NCBI GenBank assembly: GCA_018435055.1
Contig: JAHDOA010000007.1
Location: 31,853-95,852, forward strand
Origin: Pelotomaculum sp.
Lineage (GTDB): Bacteria > Bacillota > Desulfotomaculia > Desulfotomaculales > Pelotomaculaceae
Direction of reading: 5' to 3'
Length of the DNA: 64,000 nt
A program made the position numbers and the translations under genes. How positions within the stretch are numbered: the stretch's first letter is position 1; the number at the start of each line of letters is the position of its first letter. The notes beneath the pieces were generated by a model that saw only the letters and a list, made by a program, of their open reading frames with translations, made no database searches and was not told the DNA's origin. This document shows, piece after piece, positions 55,635 to 64,000 of this stretch.

Positions 55635-56409
55635 AACTGAATCTGCTTTCAAGATACCTGGTATACATGGAAATCGGGAAGGTAAGCGCCAGATACAAAA
55701 GGCCCAGGAAGATGTAGCATTCAAATATGGCAAAATTTGTTGCACTGATCTCCCTGATGGTCTGGGTCAGCTCAATAACTGAAATCAGGGATAGCAGCGA
55801 AGAATCCTTAATAATCGAGGCAAATTGTCCAGCCAGGGCCGGCAAGGTGCGTTTTACGATCTGCGGCAGGACAATAAGACGCAATGTCTGTCTGCTTTCC
55901 AAACCTACAGCCTTTGCCGCCTCCAATTGGGTAGGTTCGATTGAATCAATGCCTCCTCTAATAATTTCCGCAATATATGCGCCTTCGAAAATGGAAAGAA
56001 TCAGGACCCCGGCTAAAAACCTGTTATCCACACCCCAGGCAGTGCCGACGATATAAAAAAACAGATAAACCTGCATAATCATAGGTGTACCTCTGAAAAA
56101 CTGCACATATACCCTGGCAAAATAAGAAATAGCCAAAACCCGCGAATTGTTGGCCATAGCAGATAAAAAACCCAGCAGCAGGCTCACCACCAGGCTAACC
56201 AGGCTCAGTTCTACGGTTGCGGCAAACCCCTGGGCCAGCCTGTAGCGGAATGACCACAGGAAGCTGAAGTCAAAGCCTATGTCTAAACGTCTGACGGAAA
56301 GAAAGAAAAACAACACAAAAAGGGCTACTGCAATGATGATATTAAAAGACTTCTGCAGCAAAGTCGTTTTGTCATTAACACCTTTGATGAAAAGCCTATA
56401 AAATGGCAT
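55624..56409 (-). CDS. polar amino-acid ABC permease
   Basis: FRGTPM, AYIAEIIRGG, IKDSSLLS. Confidence 0.9.
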   Translation of the reverse strand: MPFYRLFIKGVNDKTTLLQKSFNIIIAVALFVLFFFLSVRRLDIGFDFSFLWSFRYRLAQGFAATVELSLVSLVVSLLLGFLSAMANNSRVLAISYFARVYVQFFRGTPMIMQVYLFFYIVGTAWGVDNRFLAGVLILSIFEGAYIAEIIRGGIDSIEPTQLEAAKAVGLESRQTLRLIVLPQIVKRTLPALAGQFASIIKDSSLLSLISVIELTQTIREISATNFAIFECYIFLGLLYLALTFPISMYTRYLESRFSYEN

Positions 56410-56417
56410 AATTTCCC

Positions 56418-57224
56418 CTATTTATTCAAGTCAGAAAAGAACCACGCAAAGCCGTTTTCATCAAAGGCTGCCTTTTCTTCTTTTAAATATTTTTCAGTTA
56501 TGGCGTCAAAGCCGTTTTGAGTATAGTATTTGTCGATAAACATGTTTAATTGCTTCACCAGTTCCTGGTTGCCTTTTTTTACTCCTATCCCCCAGTACTC
56601 AACATCCTGGAAGGGTATGAAAACAGCTCTTGTGGCCTCCGGGTTTTTCAGGTTATTCCTATAAATAGTTAACTGATCATATATAAACGCATCAGCTTTT
56701 CCCTGAACTACCTCAGTCACACAGGCGCTTTCGTCCGGAAATGGTATGATTTTTGCCCTTTTCAGGTTTTTTTCGGCATAGATTTGCCCGGTAGAACCGG
56801 TCTTCACAGCAACTATTTTTCCTTCCTGGTCCAGGTCCCCTGCTTTACCGATATCTGACCCGCTGTTCACAAGCAGCGCCAGCAGGGCTTTGGCGTATGG
56901 CTTGGAAAAATCGATCTTTTCCAGTCTCTCTTCCTTTATTGTCATAGAGGAAATTACCATATCGACCTTTCCCGTCTGCAGCGCCGGAATTAATCCATCC
57001 CAACTGATATTTTCAATTTTCACAGGCCTGCCGGCATACTCGCCAAAAGCCCTGGCCAAATCAACACTAATACCGGTTGGATTGCCATACTCATCCTTTG
57101 TTTCAAATGGAGGATAGGCAAGTTCCATGCCCACGATCAGTTCATTTGATTCTTTCCGGCCGCATCCAGATACAATTATCACGGCACAAATTAAGATAAA
57201 CATTATAGGAACTAGCTTTTTCAT
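56418..57224 (-). CDS. polar amino-acid ABC binding lipoprotein
   Basis: lipobox VSGC, YPPFE, WDGLIPALQTGKVD. Confidence 0.9.
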   Translation of the reverse strand: MKKLVPIMFILICAVIIVSGCGRKESNELIVGMELAYPPFETKDEYGNPTGISVDLARAFGEYAGRPVKIENISWDGLIPALQTGKVDMVISSMTIKEERLEKIDFSKPYAKALLALLVNSGSDIGKAGDLDQEGKIVAVKTGSTGQIYAEKNLKRAKIIPFPDESACVTEVVQGKADAFIYDQLTIYRNNLKNPEATRAVFIPFQDVEYWGIGVKKGNQELVKQLNMFIDKYYTQNGFDAITEKYLKEEKAAFDENGFAWFFSDLNK

Positions 57225-57269
57225 TTTTACTTTTCCCCTTACAAATAATAGGCCTTTTTTCATACCTCC

Positions 57270-57298
57270 ATAATAGTTAGATATCTAACTATTGTCAA
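57270..57298 (-). promoter_or_regulatory. SigA promoter with palindromic operator AATAGTTAGATATCTAACTATT
   Basis: TTGACA-N17-TATTAT; 22-bp palindrome at 57272-57293, same core as 38177-38192. Confidence 0.8.
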
Positions 57299-57314
57299 GC
57301 TAAAAAAGGCGCCC

Positions 57315-57368
57315 AGGGTGTCAAGGGCAGGGTGTCAAGGGTGTCAAGGGGACGGGGTTGTTGACACC
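57315..57368 (+). repeat. REP-like hairpin with triplicated left arm
   Basis: GGGTGTCAA at 57316, 57330 and 57339, then GGGGACGGGGTTG-TTGACACC. Confidence 0.8.
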
Positions 57369-57558
57369 TTTTCAAGTTTGCAATTGTCAAATGTTTAATT
57401 CACCGGGTTTTGCGATTTTATGGGAAAGAAACCGTTTACAAAAAATCGCGGTTACCCCCCCGGGGGAAGATCATAACCGCTGATTATTAACAACAAAAAT
57501 TTGCCGTTTTGCATTTGTTCTTGACATACTTAACTTTTACAAACTATTATCCGTACCA

Positions 57559-58116
57559 TTATTTTATTAATGGCAACAGTTCTCTAAATTCAGCGGTATT
57601 GGCCTTTTTAATTAAATCGAAAAAAACTATTTCCGTGTTGACAACCACCGCGCCCATGAGCGACATCAGGGCCAAACCATTCAGATAATTCTCCTTTGTG
57701 CGCGAACATACAGCGTCCCCCACCACGAAAACCTGGTAACCGCAGGCCAGTAAGTCCCTCACTGTTTGGAAAACACAAACATGGGTTTCCATCCCGGTAA
57801 CAATGATTTTTCTTTTTCCCAGTTGTTTTAGAGCCGCCACTACTTCCTCAGTGCAACCCGAAAATGTGGTTTTTTCAAATGTTAAAGCCTTCGATATATC
57901 CAGGCTGATATCCGCTACGGTCTTGCCCAGTCCTTTTGGATATTGTTCGGTGACGATAACCGGCATCCCCAAATATGCAGCTGCGCCTATCAAGGTATTG
58001 CTCCTGCGAATAACTTGTTCACGGAATTTCATCGCCGCCGCCAGGCGTTCCTGAATATCAATAATCATCAGGACCGACTCGTTCCTGTTTAAGGTGAACT
58101 TGTCCAGGATAAACAC
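57559..58116 (-). CDS. isochorismatase/cysteine hydrolase family protein
   Basis: catalytic D (IIDIQ), K (EKTTFS), C (ETHVCV). Confidence 0.9.
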   Translation of the reverse strand: MFILDKFTLNRNESVLMIIDIQERLAAAMKFREQVIRRSNTLIGAAAYLGMPVIVTEQYPKGLGKTVADISLDISKALTFEKTTFSGCTEEVVAALKQLGKRKIIVTGMETHVCVFQTVRDLLACGYQVFVVGDAVCSRTKENYLNGLALMSLMGAVVVNTEIVFFDLIKKANTAEFRELLPLIK

Positions 58117-58228
58117 CCCTTAAAGTTTTTTAACGTTACTTATATGCGCTTTTTCCCTGTTATAGCCAAAGAGCCCGGATTTGCCAGGTTTTTTTGTATC
58201 AATTATTGTTTTTGTATTCTAGTCGCCG

Positions 58229-59083
58229 CTAATTCCAATCCCTCTCACCAATATATGGATTCAATTCCTTCGCCTTTTCATAAGCCTGCACAGCATCCTC
58301 ATGCCTGCCCAGTTCATCCAGCGCCACACCCTTGTTTATCCAGGCGGAAGGATTTTCCGGATCAAACTCCATGGCTTTTTCATAGGCCTGCAGCGCTTCA
58401 TCATACCGGCCCATCTCACCGAGAATAACACCCTTGTTAATCCAGGCGGAAGGCTCGTTTGGTCTAAGCTGTAACGCTTTTTCAAAATCCTGCAACGCAT
58501 CTTCGCTTCGGCCAAGAGAACCAAGGGCAACACCTTTGTTTACCCAAATAGACGGATTGTCGGGAAAAATCTCTGCTGCCTTTTCGTAGAACTGCACCGC
58601 TTCTTCATTTCGGCCCAACTCACCCAGCGCAATACCCTTGTTCAGCAAAGCAAAAGGATCACCTGGTTCATGCTCCAACGTTTTATCAAAGGCCTTGATT
58701 GCTTCTTCATAACGGCCTGTCGAACCCAGTGCGACGCCCTTGTTAAACCAGATATAATAATCGTCCGGATTTATCTCCAGAGCTTTGCCAAAGGCTTCTA
58801 CCGCCTCTTCGTGCCGGCCAGCCGAACCCAGCGCAACACCTTTACTGAACCAGACCGCAGGATCATCCTGGTTTTTCTGCAACGCCTTTTCAAATGCCAA
58901 CACCGCTTCTTCAAAGCGTTCTAACTTGCTCAGAGCCAGACCTCTTTTTACCCAGGCGGCCGGATCCTCTTGATTTTTCTCTATCTCCTTATCGTACTCC
59001 TGCAGCAATTTTTCGTATGGGTTCGAACCATTAGATTTTTTGCATGCATCATTTACATCGTCCATTTTACTGGATTTACCCAT
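58229..59083 (-). CDS. tetratricopeptide repeat protein
   Basis: about seven 34-aa repeats W.NKG.AL..LGR.EEA...YEKA. Confidence 0.92.
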   Translation of the reverse strand: MGKSSKMDDVNDACKKSNGSNPYEKLLQEYDKEIEKNQEDPAAWVKRGLALSKLERFEEAVLAFEKALQKNQDDPAVWFSKGVALGSAGRHEEAVEAFGKALEINPDDYYIWFNKGVALGSTGRYEEAIKAFDKTLEHEPGDPFALLNKGIALGELGRNEEAVQFYEKAAEIFPDNPSIWVNKGVALGSLGRSEDALQDFEKALQLRPNEPSAWINKGVILGEMGRYDEALQAYEKAMEFDPENPSAWINKGVALDELGRHEDAVQAYEKAKELNPYIGERDWN

Positions 59084-59184
59084 TGTTTTTTCTCCTCCGA
59101 ATTTTTATTTTACGCCATAGTTTATCATTTTAATTCTTACTGGTAAACTCTATGTGCAATTAACTTCCCGCCTGGTTATCGGTT

Positions 59185-59853
59185 TTACTTATAAATACCA
59201 TAGGTTTTATTAACATCCTGAACAAAAATAATGCCGTTACCCGGTTCGTCTATTCTTAGATGTGTCCGTATGGAAGATACTATTGCTTCGGTTAAATCCA
59301 CTTCTGATAAGATTATGACAATCTCTTTTTCCGGTTCAATATCCATCAAGAATAATTTTTTAGTTTCATGAATACCGGAACCCCTGCCGTTAATGATCGT
59401 ACCACCTTTGGAACCCGCTTTAGTAGCAGCGTCAATAACATCTTCAGCCTTGCCCCTGTCAACAATTATTGTTATAGCATGATACATAATATTATCTGCA
59501 CCTCTTTTACTTTTAATATCTTGACGGGAAATTGTCCTTGTTCCTAATACGGCACAAACGGAGGTCGTAAATACTACCCCATGATTTGGCTTGTTAAACG
59601 CAAATTCTTTATTCATCTTTTCAAGAGCTTGATAAGCTGTCTCTTTGTCAGCCAGCATTAAAACAATTTCTTTTCTAACATCAGAAAGCCCGAGGAAATT
59701 TAAAACGCGGTTATTTACTGTTCCTTTTCCTAATGCTACTGTCCCGCCTGGAACACCGCAGTGTTTAGCTGATTTTATTAATTTACTGGCCATGCCGAAA
59801 TTTACTATTATACATATTAATTCAATATCTGCGTCTTCAGATTTATTAGCCAT
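59185..59853 (-). CDS. tandem P-II-like signal protein
   Basis: two P-II-like halves (GGTVALGKG, GGTIINGRG; PGNGIIFV). Confidence 0.88.
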   Translation of the reverse strand: MANKSEDADIELICIIVNFGMASKLIKSAKHCGVPGGTVALGKGTVNNRVLNFLGLSDVRKEIVLMLADKETAYQALEKMNKEFAFNKPNHGVVFTTSVCAVLGTRTISRQDIKSKRGADNIMYHAITIIVDRGKAEDVIDAATKAGSKGGTIINGRGSGIHETKKLFLMDIEPEKEIVIILSEVDLTEAIVSSIRTHLRIDEPGNGIIFVQDVNKTYGIYK

Positions 59854-59854
59854 T

Positions 59855-61333
59855 TTATCCTATCCCTTCCTTTTTGGACTTGATTTTAAATATAAATCCC
59901 AATGTCTGCAGCGCAATGATCGGTGTCATCGCCACCATTGCAATCATGCCGAACCCGTCAGCTAAAACATTCGCTCCTTCTATAGCTTGCGCCGCCCCAT
60001 GCGCATATGCCAATATAAAAGTGGCTGTCATCGGCCCGGAGGCGACGCCGCCGGCGTCAAAAGCAATACCAATAAATAGCCTGGGGACTAAATACATCAT
60101 TGTTATAGCAATAATATACCCCGGCAGGAGATATTGCCATAATTGCAATTGCGGAATAAGAATTCTAATCATAGACAATGCTACAGCGGCGCCAACCCCG
60201 ATCGCAAGTGTAAACAAAACAATTTTCCTGTTTACATACCCGCTTGTAACATCCTCAATCTGATGCGTTAACACATAAACGGCCGGTTCCGCAATAACAG
60301 TAACAAAACCAAGTATAAAGCCGAATAAAACTAAATAGGCCTTATTGTCCAATGTAGCCAGGCTATACCCAACCGCGCTGCCCACGTCCATGAAACCAGC
60401 GTTAACACCAACTAAAAACAGAACAAGCCCGGTAAAAGTAAACAGTACACCAAATAAAATCCTGCGGACTACCCTAATTGATAATTTGAATGATATCCTT
60501 TGAAAAAACGCAAATACCATTAAAATCGGCAACAAAGCCAGGGTTACTTCACCTGCTACTACCGGCAGTTCATGCAGAAATGGTGTAATTATTGCTGTTG
60601 ACGCTAGTTCCAGAGAAAGATCACCTGTTATTCTATCTGTTCTTGTGATGATGTTCATCACCATTACAGATATTATCGCGCCTGCAGAAGCAATAGCCAC
60701 TAATCCAAAACTATCTTGTCCAGATGATTCGCTATCTTTTTTTAATTTTGAAACACCCATGGCCAGAGCCAGAATAAACGGCACAGTCAAGGCGCCGGTA
60801 GTCGCGCCTGAGGCGTCAAAAGATATCGCCAGGAATTCTCGCGATGTAAAAAAAGCAAGTAGAAGAATTACGCCATACAAAATGGTTAGTAATTTATACA
60901 GCGGGTAATTTAATACAATTCTAATCAGTCCGATAGAAAGCATTATGGCAATGCCAACTGAGACTATAATAACGATGCTGAACTTTGAAATCAGTCCGGA
61001 TGTAACATAATCTATTTGCCCTGCTAAAATATGAAGGTCAGGTTCAGCAATGGAGATAATGAAGCCAAGTACTATCCCGGCAATAGCCACGATCCATATT
61101 TTATTTGTTTTAACCATTGTAGATCCCATGGTGTTGCCAATCGGGGTAATTCCTGTGTCCACCCCCACTAAAAAAATTGTCAAACCAATAATGATCAGGA
61201 CTGCGCCAATAAGAAACCTTATTATAGTAGGTGTGTTAATCGTGGTTATAGAAAAATTGAGTATTAGCACTATTACTGTAATCGGGAGGACCGAATACAA
61301 GACTTCTTGAAATTTTTGCAAAACTACACTCAA
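59855..61333 (-). CDS. DUF1538 domain membrane protein (duplicated)
   Basis: IAEPDL / IAEPAV and FDASGATTG / FDAGGVASGPMT repeats. Confidence 0.88.
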   Translation of the reverse strand: MSVVLQKFQEVLYSVLPITVIVLILNFSITTINTPTIIRFLIGAVLIIIGLTIFLVGVDTGITPIGNTMGSTMVKTNKIWIVAIAGIVLGFIISIAEPDLHILAGQIDYVTSGLISKFSIVIIVSVGIAIMLSIGLIRIVLNYPLYKLLTILYGVILLLAFFTSREFLAISFDASGATTGALTVPFILALAMGVSKLKKDSESSGQDSFGLVAIASAGAIISVMVMNIITRTDRITGDLSLELASTAIITPFLHELPVVAGEVTLALLPILMVFAFFQRISFKLSIRVVRRILFGVLFTFTGLVLFLVGVNAGFMDVGSAVGYSLATLDNKAYLVLFGFILGFVTVIAEPAVYVLTHQIEDVTSGYVNRKIVLFTLAIGVGAAVALSMIRILIPQLQLWQYLLPGYIIAITMMYLVPRLFIGIAFDAGGVASGPMTATFILAYAHGAAQAIEGANVLADGFGMIAMVAMTPIIALQTLGFIFKIKSKKEGIG

Positions 61334-61463
61334 ATAATGCTCACCCCTTCTGTATTTATTATGCTGCCGCTTTTTTCTTTGTTATTATGTTACGCCTACA
61401 CTCTTCTATGTAATAAAAGAAAATCCCTTTCCTTCAGATTAGAAAGGGACTACTTTCACCCAG

Positions 61464-62276
61464 TTATAACCCGTATTGGCGTTTCATTTTTTCTACAAAC
61501 ATATAGTGGCCGGCATTTTTTAATTTTGAAGCCGCCGCCTGATCAAGCACAACAGTGATGCCCCCACTGTGCAGTTGTATGGCTGTGGCAGTAATCTGCG
61601 AGGTTACCGGCCCTTCCAGACATTTAGCAACCACATCAGCTTTCCTGGCTCCATTTACAATCATTAAAATATTTCTTGCCTCCAGTATGGTGCCAACTCC
61701 CATTGTAATGGCAAAATGGGGCATCTCGCTTCGGGCAATATTGGCTTTTTTATAGAAAGCTTCATAGTTGTCATCCAGGGTTTGTTCAGTCAGCGCCTGC
61801 ACTCTGGTCCTTGAGCCGAGGGATGAGCCTGGTTCGTTGAATCCCCAATGCCCGTCGCCGCCAAGCCCTAAAAGCTGCAAATCAATGCCCCCGGCCTTTT
61901 TAATTTCTTGTTCATACCACGCGCAATATTTCTTCGGGTCTTTTGTTTTACCATCGGGTATATAGATATTTTCCTTTTTAATGTTGATATGCTTGAACAG
62001 TTCCTCGTACATAAACCGGGCATAACTCTGATCCATATCATAGGTCTTCTCCAAATCGATACCTACTCCAAGGTATTCGTCAAGATTAAATGTTTTGACC
62101 TGAGAGAAATCAAGGCCTTCCCTGTGCATTTTAATCAGTTCCCGATAGGCGCCGATGGGTGTTGAGCCAGTCGCCAGGCCGAGTACACAGTCCGGCTTGG
62201 CTTTCACATAACCCGCAATAATTTCTGCTGCGCACTTACTCATTTTTTCATAGTTTTCCCTGATGATAATGTCCAT
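61464..62276 (-). CDS. nagB: glucosamine-6-phosphate deaminase
   Basis: GLATGSTP, FNLDEY, GGDGHWGFNEPG. Confidence 0.93.
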   Translation of the reverse strand: MDIIIRENYEKMSKCAAEIIAGYVKAKPDCVLGLATGSTPIGAYRELIKMHREGLDFSQVKTFNLDEYLGVGIDLEKTYDMDQSYARFMYEELFKHINIKKENIYIPDGKTKDPKKYCAWYEQEIKKAGGIDLQLLGLGGDGHWGFNEPGSSLGSRTRVQALTEQTLDDNYEAFYKKANIARSEMPHFAITMGVGTILEARNILMIVNGARKADVVAKCLEGPVTSQITATAIQLHSGGITVVLDQAAASKLKNAGHYMFVEKMKRQYGL

Positions 62277-62475
62277 TTTTTAATACTCCCCATCTGTTTT
62301 AGAATATAATGATAACATGTGGATTGATTTACCATTTTAAGGTTATTACCCTTACCTATTATACAAGGTATTTCTTTATGTTAAAATACTTTTAGCACAA
62401 TTCCAGATATATCTGGGAGGGGTGGCGGCAAATTTTTTCAGCCGGCCCCTGAAAATCGAAACGAGGTGGCATAAT

Positions 62476-63087
62476 TTGACTCTAAGTGAAATTATTAGAG
62501 AACGCCGGAGCATACGCAAGTATCAGGACAAAGATATCCCCCGGCAGGTTTTAAATGAACTGCTGGAGGACGCGTTGTGGGCGCCGTCGGGCACGAACAG
62601 GCAGAACTGGTACATTTATGTTGTAAAAGGCGAAAAAAAAGAAAAACTGTTTAAAAGCATGCTACAGGCCAGCCAGGTTTTAAAACCTAAACTTGACAAG
62701 CTGTTTCCGGAAAAGATCGTGGAAATCACCATGAATTTCTTCAAACGACTCGGTGGCGCTCCGGTGTTGCTGTTGGTCTATATGCCGAAACACACCTACG
62801 ATCTCAGTAAGGACATGAGCTTATCAGAAAGATATAAGGTAGAGTATGACCGCTTTACCAATTCACTAAGCGCGTCCGCCCTGATCCAGAACATCCTGCT
62901 GCTGGCCAAAGAAAAAGGCCTGGGGACTTGCTGGCTGACCGCTCCCAAGCACGCCGAGGACACAATCAATGAAGAAATGGGCATTACAGATATGGAGCTC
63001 GTTTCCGTGGTTACCATTGGTTATCCTAATGAGGACCCGCCTGCCCCCAGAAGAAAGGGCGAAAAAATTGAATGGATCGGCTATTAA
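62476..63087 (+). CDS. nitroreductase family protein
   Basis: RRSIRKY, APSGTNRQ.W, GLGTCW, IGYP; TTG 62476 follows GAGGTGG. Confidence 0.9.
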   Translation: MTLSEIIRERRSIRKYQDKDIPRQVLNELLEDALWAPSGTNRQNWYIYVVKGEKKEKLFKSMLQASQVLKPKLDKLFPEKIVEITMNFFKRLGGAPVLLLVYMPKHTYDLSKDMSLSERYKVEYDRFTNSLSASALIQNILLLAKEKGLGTCWLTAPKHAEDTINEEMGITDMELVSVVTIGYPNEDPPAPRRKGEKIEWIGY

Positions 63088-63096
63088 ACAAACAGG

Positions 63097-63128
63097 CAAA
63101 CGGCTCACATGAGCCGTTTGTTTGTTTT
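63097..63128 (+). terminator. terminator after the nitroreductase gene
   Basis: CAAACGGCTC-ACAT-GAGCCGTTTG-TTTGTTTT. Confidence 0.75.
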
Positions 63129-63219
63129 ACACCAATTTACAAGTCTGTATTTTATGAGAACCCTATAATTTTTACCGGGGTCCAGCCGACCGAATATACC
63201 AGGGACACGGGATTAAAAT

Positions 63220-63255
63220 AAACTGTGCATTCCTGCCTTTAGAAATGCACAGTTT
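63220..63255 (-). terminator. terminator after the SLH gene
   Basis: AAACTGTGCATT-N12-AATGCACAGTTT. Confidence 0.65.
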
Positions 63256-63289
63256 GGTTAATAGTTATTTTCCACCTTAGTATTTGTTG

Positions 63290-64000
63290 CTACAGCAGTT
63301 TACCGATTATAACCGCAGCTTCCGCCCGGGTGGTTTTTCCCCGGGGTCTGAAACTGCCATCGGCATAGCCGGTGATGAATCCAGCTTTAAAGGCGGCGGC
63401 AACGCCGGGTTTGGCCCAGGGGGAGATAGATTGGCTGTCGGTGAAGTTCAACTCGCCGGTGGCAGCTTCTAGTTGAGCGGCGCGAGCTATGATTACTGCT
63501 GCCTGTTCTCTGGTAATCAGGTCATCGGGGCCGAAGGTGTCTTTACTATAGCCGCTGATAATACCATGGGCTGCGGCAATGACTATACTGTCTTTGGCCC
63601 AGTGTTCACTGCTGTCCTCAAATGTGTCCCACGCTTTCGCTTCCAGTTTCAAGGCTTTAACCAACATAACAGTAAATTCCGCCCGGGTAACAGTCTTATC
63701 CGGTTGGAAAGTGCCATCGGGGTAACCGGATATGACTCCAGAATTAATTAGCCTCAAAATGCTGTCTTTGGCCCAGTGACCCGGAATATCGCCGGGGATA
63801 TTTACGGCCGGCTGGGGAGTAACAGGTTGGGATGGTTTTTCTGCTTCAATGACTTTGGGGGTAGCTATTACGGCAAATTTAGTGAAATGAGTAGTATCAC
63901 CGCTGATGGTACCCGTCTCCAGGTTAAGCCTGATGTTGTCCAAAGCTATCCATTTACCCGTATCTTCATCATAGCAGTAAATAGCGATGTCATATTCATC
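63290..64000 (-). CDS. S-layer homology domain protein, C-terminal part (continues beyond the window)
   Basis: frame open to the window edge; three SLH repeats (GYPDGTFQPDKTVTRAEF etc.). Confidence 0.9.
   Translation of the reverse strand, partial: DEYDIAIYCYDEDTGKWIALDNIRLNLETGTISGDTTHFTKFAVIATPKVIEAEKPSQPVTPQPAVNIPGDIPGHWAKDSILRLINSGVISGYPDGTFQPDKTVTRAEFTVMLVKALKLEAKAWDTFEDSSEHWAKDSIVIAAAHGIISGYSKDTFGPDDLITREQAAVIIARAAQLEAATGELNFTDSQSISPWAKPGVAAAFKAGFITGYADGSFRPRGKTTRAEAAVIIGKLL

Noticed and set aside
54897-55745. Long (282-aa) start for the ABC ATPase
   Set aside because: Overlaps the permease by over 100 nt; ATG 55634 gives the normal length and a coupled overlap.
1-64000. tRNA, rRNA, transposase or prophage genes
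   Set aside because: No T-arm/anticodon cloverleaf, rRNA signature, DDE/HUH/tyrosine recombinase or phage structural motif seen.

Overview
64 kb of AT/GC-mosaic chromosome from an anaerobic, S-layer-bearing firmicute (gene content, SigA/SigH promoter motifs and riboswitches suggest a Desulfotomaculum/Pelotomaculum-type organism; this is inference). About 60 CDS: MarR-GH3-MFS operon, glgP, ADP-forming acetyl-CoA synthetase plus a DRTGG protein, AmmeMemoRadiSam genes, a degenerate MCP, Liv-type, cobalamin, Met and polar amino-acid ABC transporters, two TrkH and one TrkA, dapB, an RND pump, a Cys-less PurF paralogue, DUF1538/P-II, nagB and two SLH proteins. No rRNA, tRNA, CRISPR array, integrase or transposase was seen. 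The most interesting signals are non-coding: (1) a REP-like hairpin family (GGGGACGGTTC core) divides 565-5430 into cassette-like units, two copies carry group II intron 5' remnants, and these bracket the GH3 operon as direct repeats; (2) a second cobalamin riboswitch leads no credible ORF and instead precedes a terminated non-coding RNA; (3) a c-di-AMP riboswitch with a heptamer-repeat hairpin insertion sits in front of a stand-alone dapB; (4) a candidate anti-SD sRNA; (5) several palindromic or direct-repeat operators, one shared by two distant loci. All family calls come from motif recognition by eye; no database searches were run.
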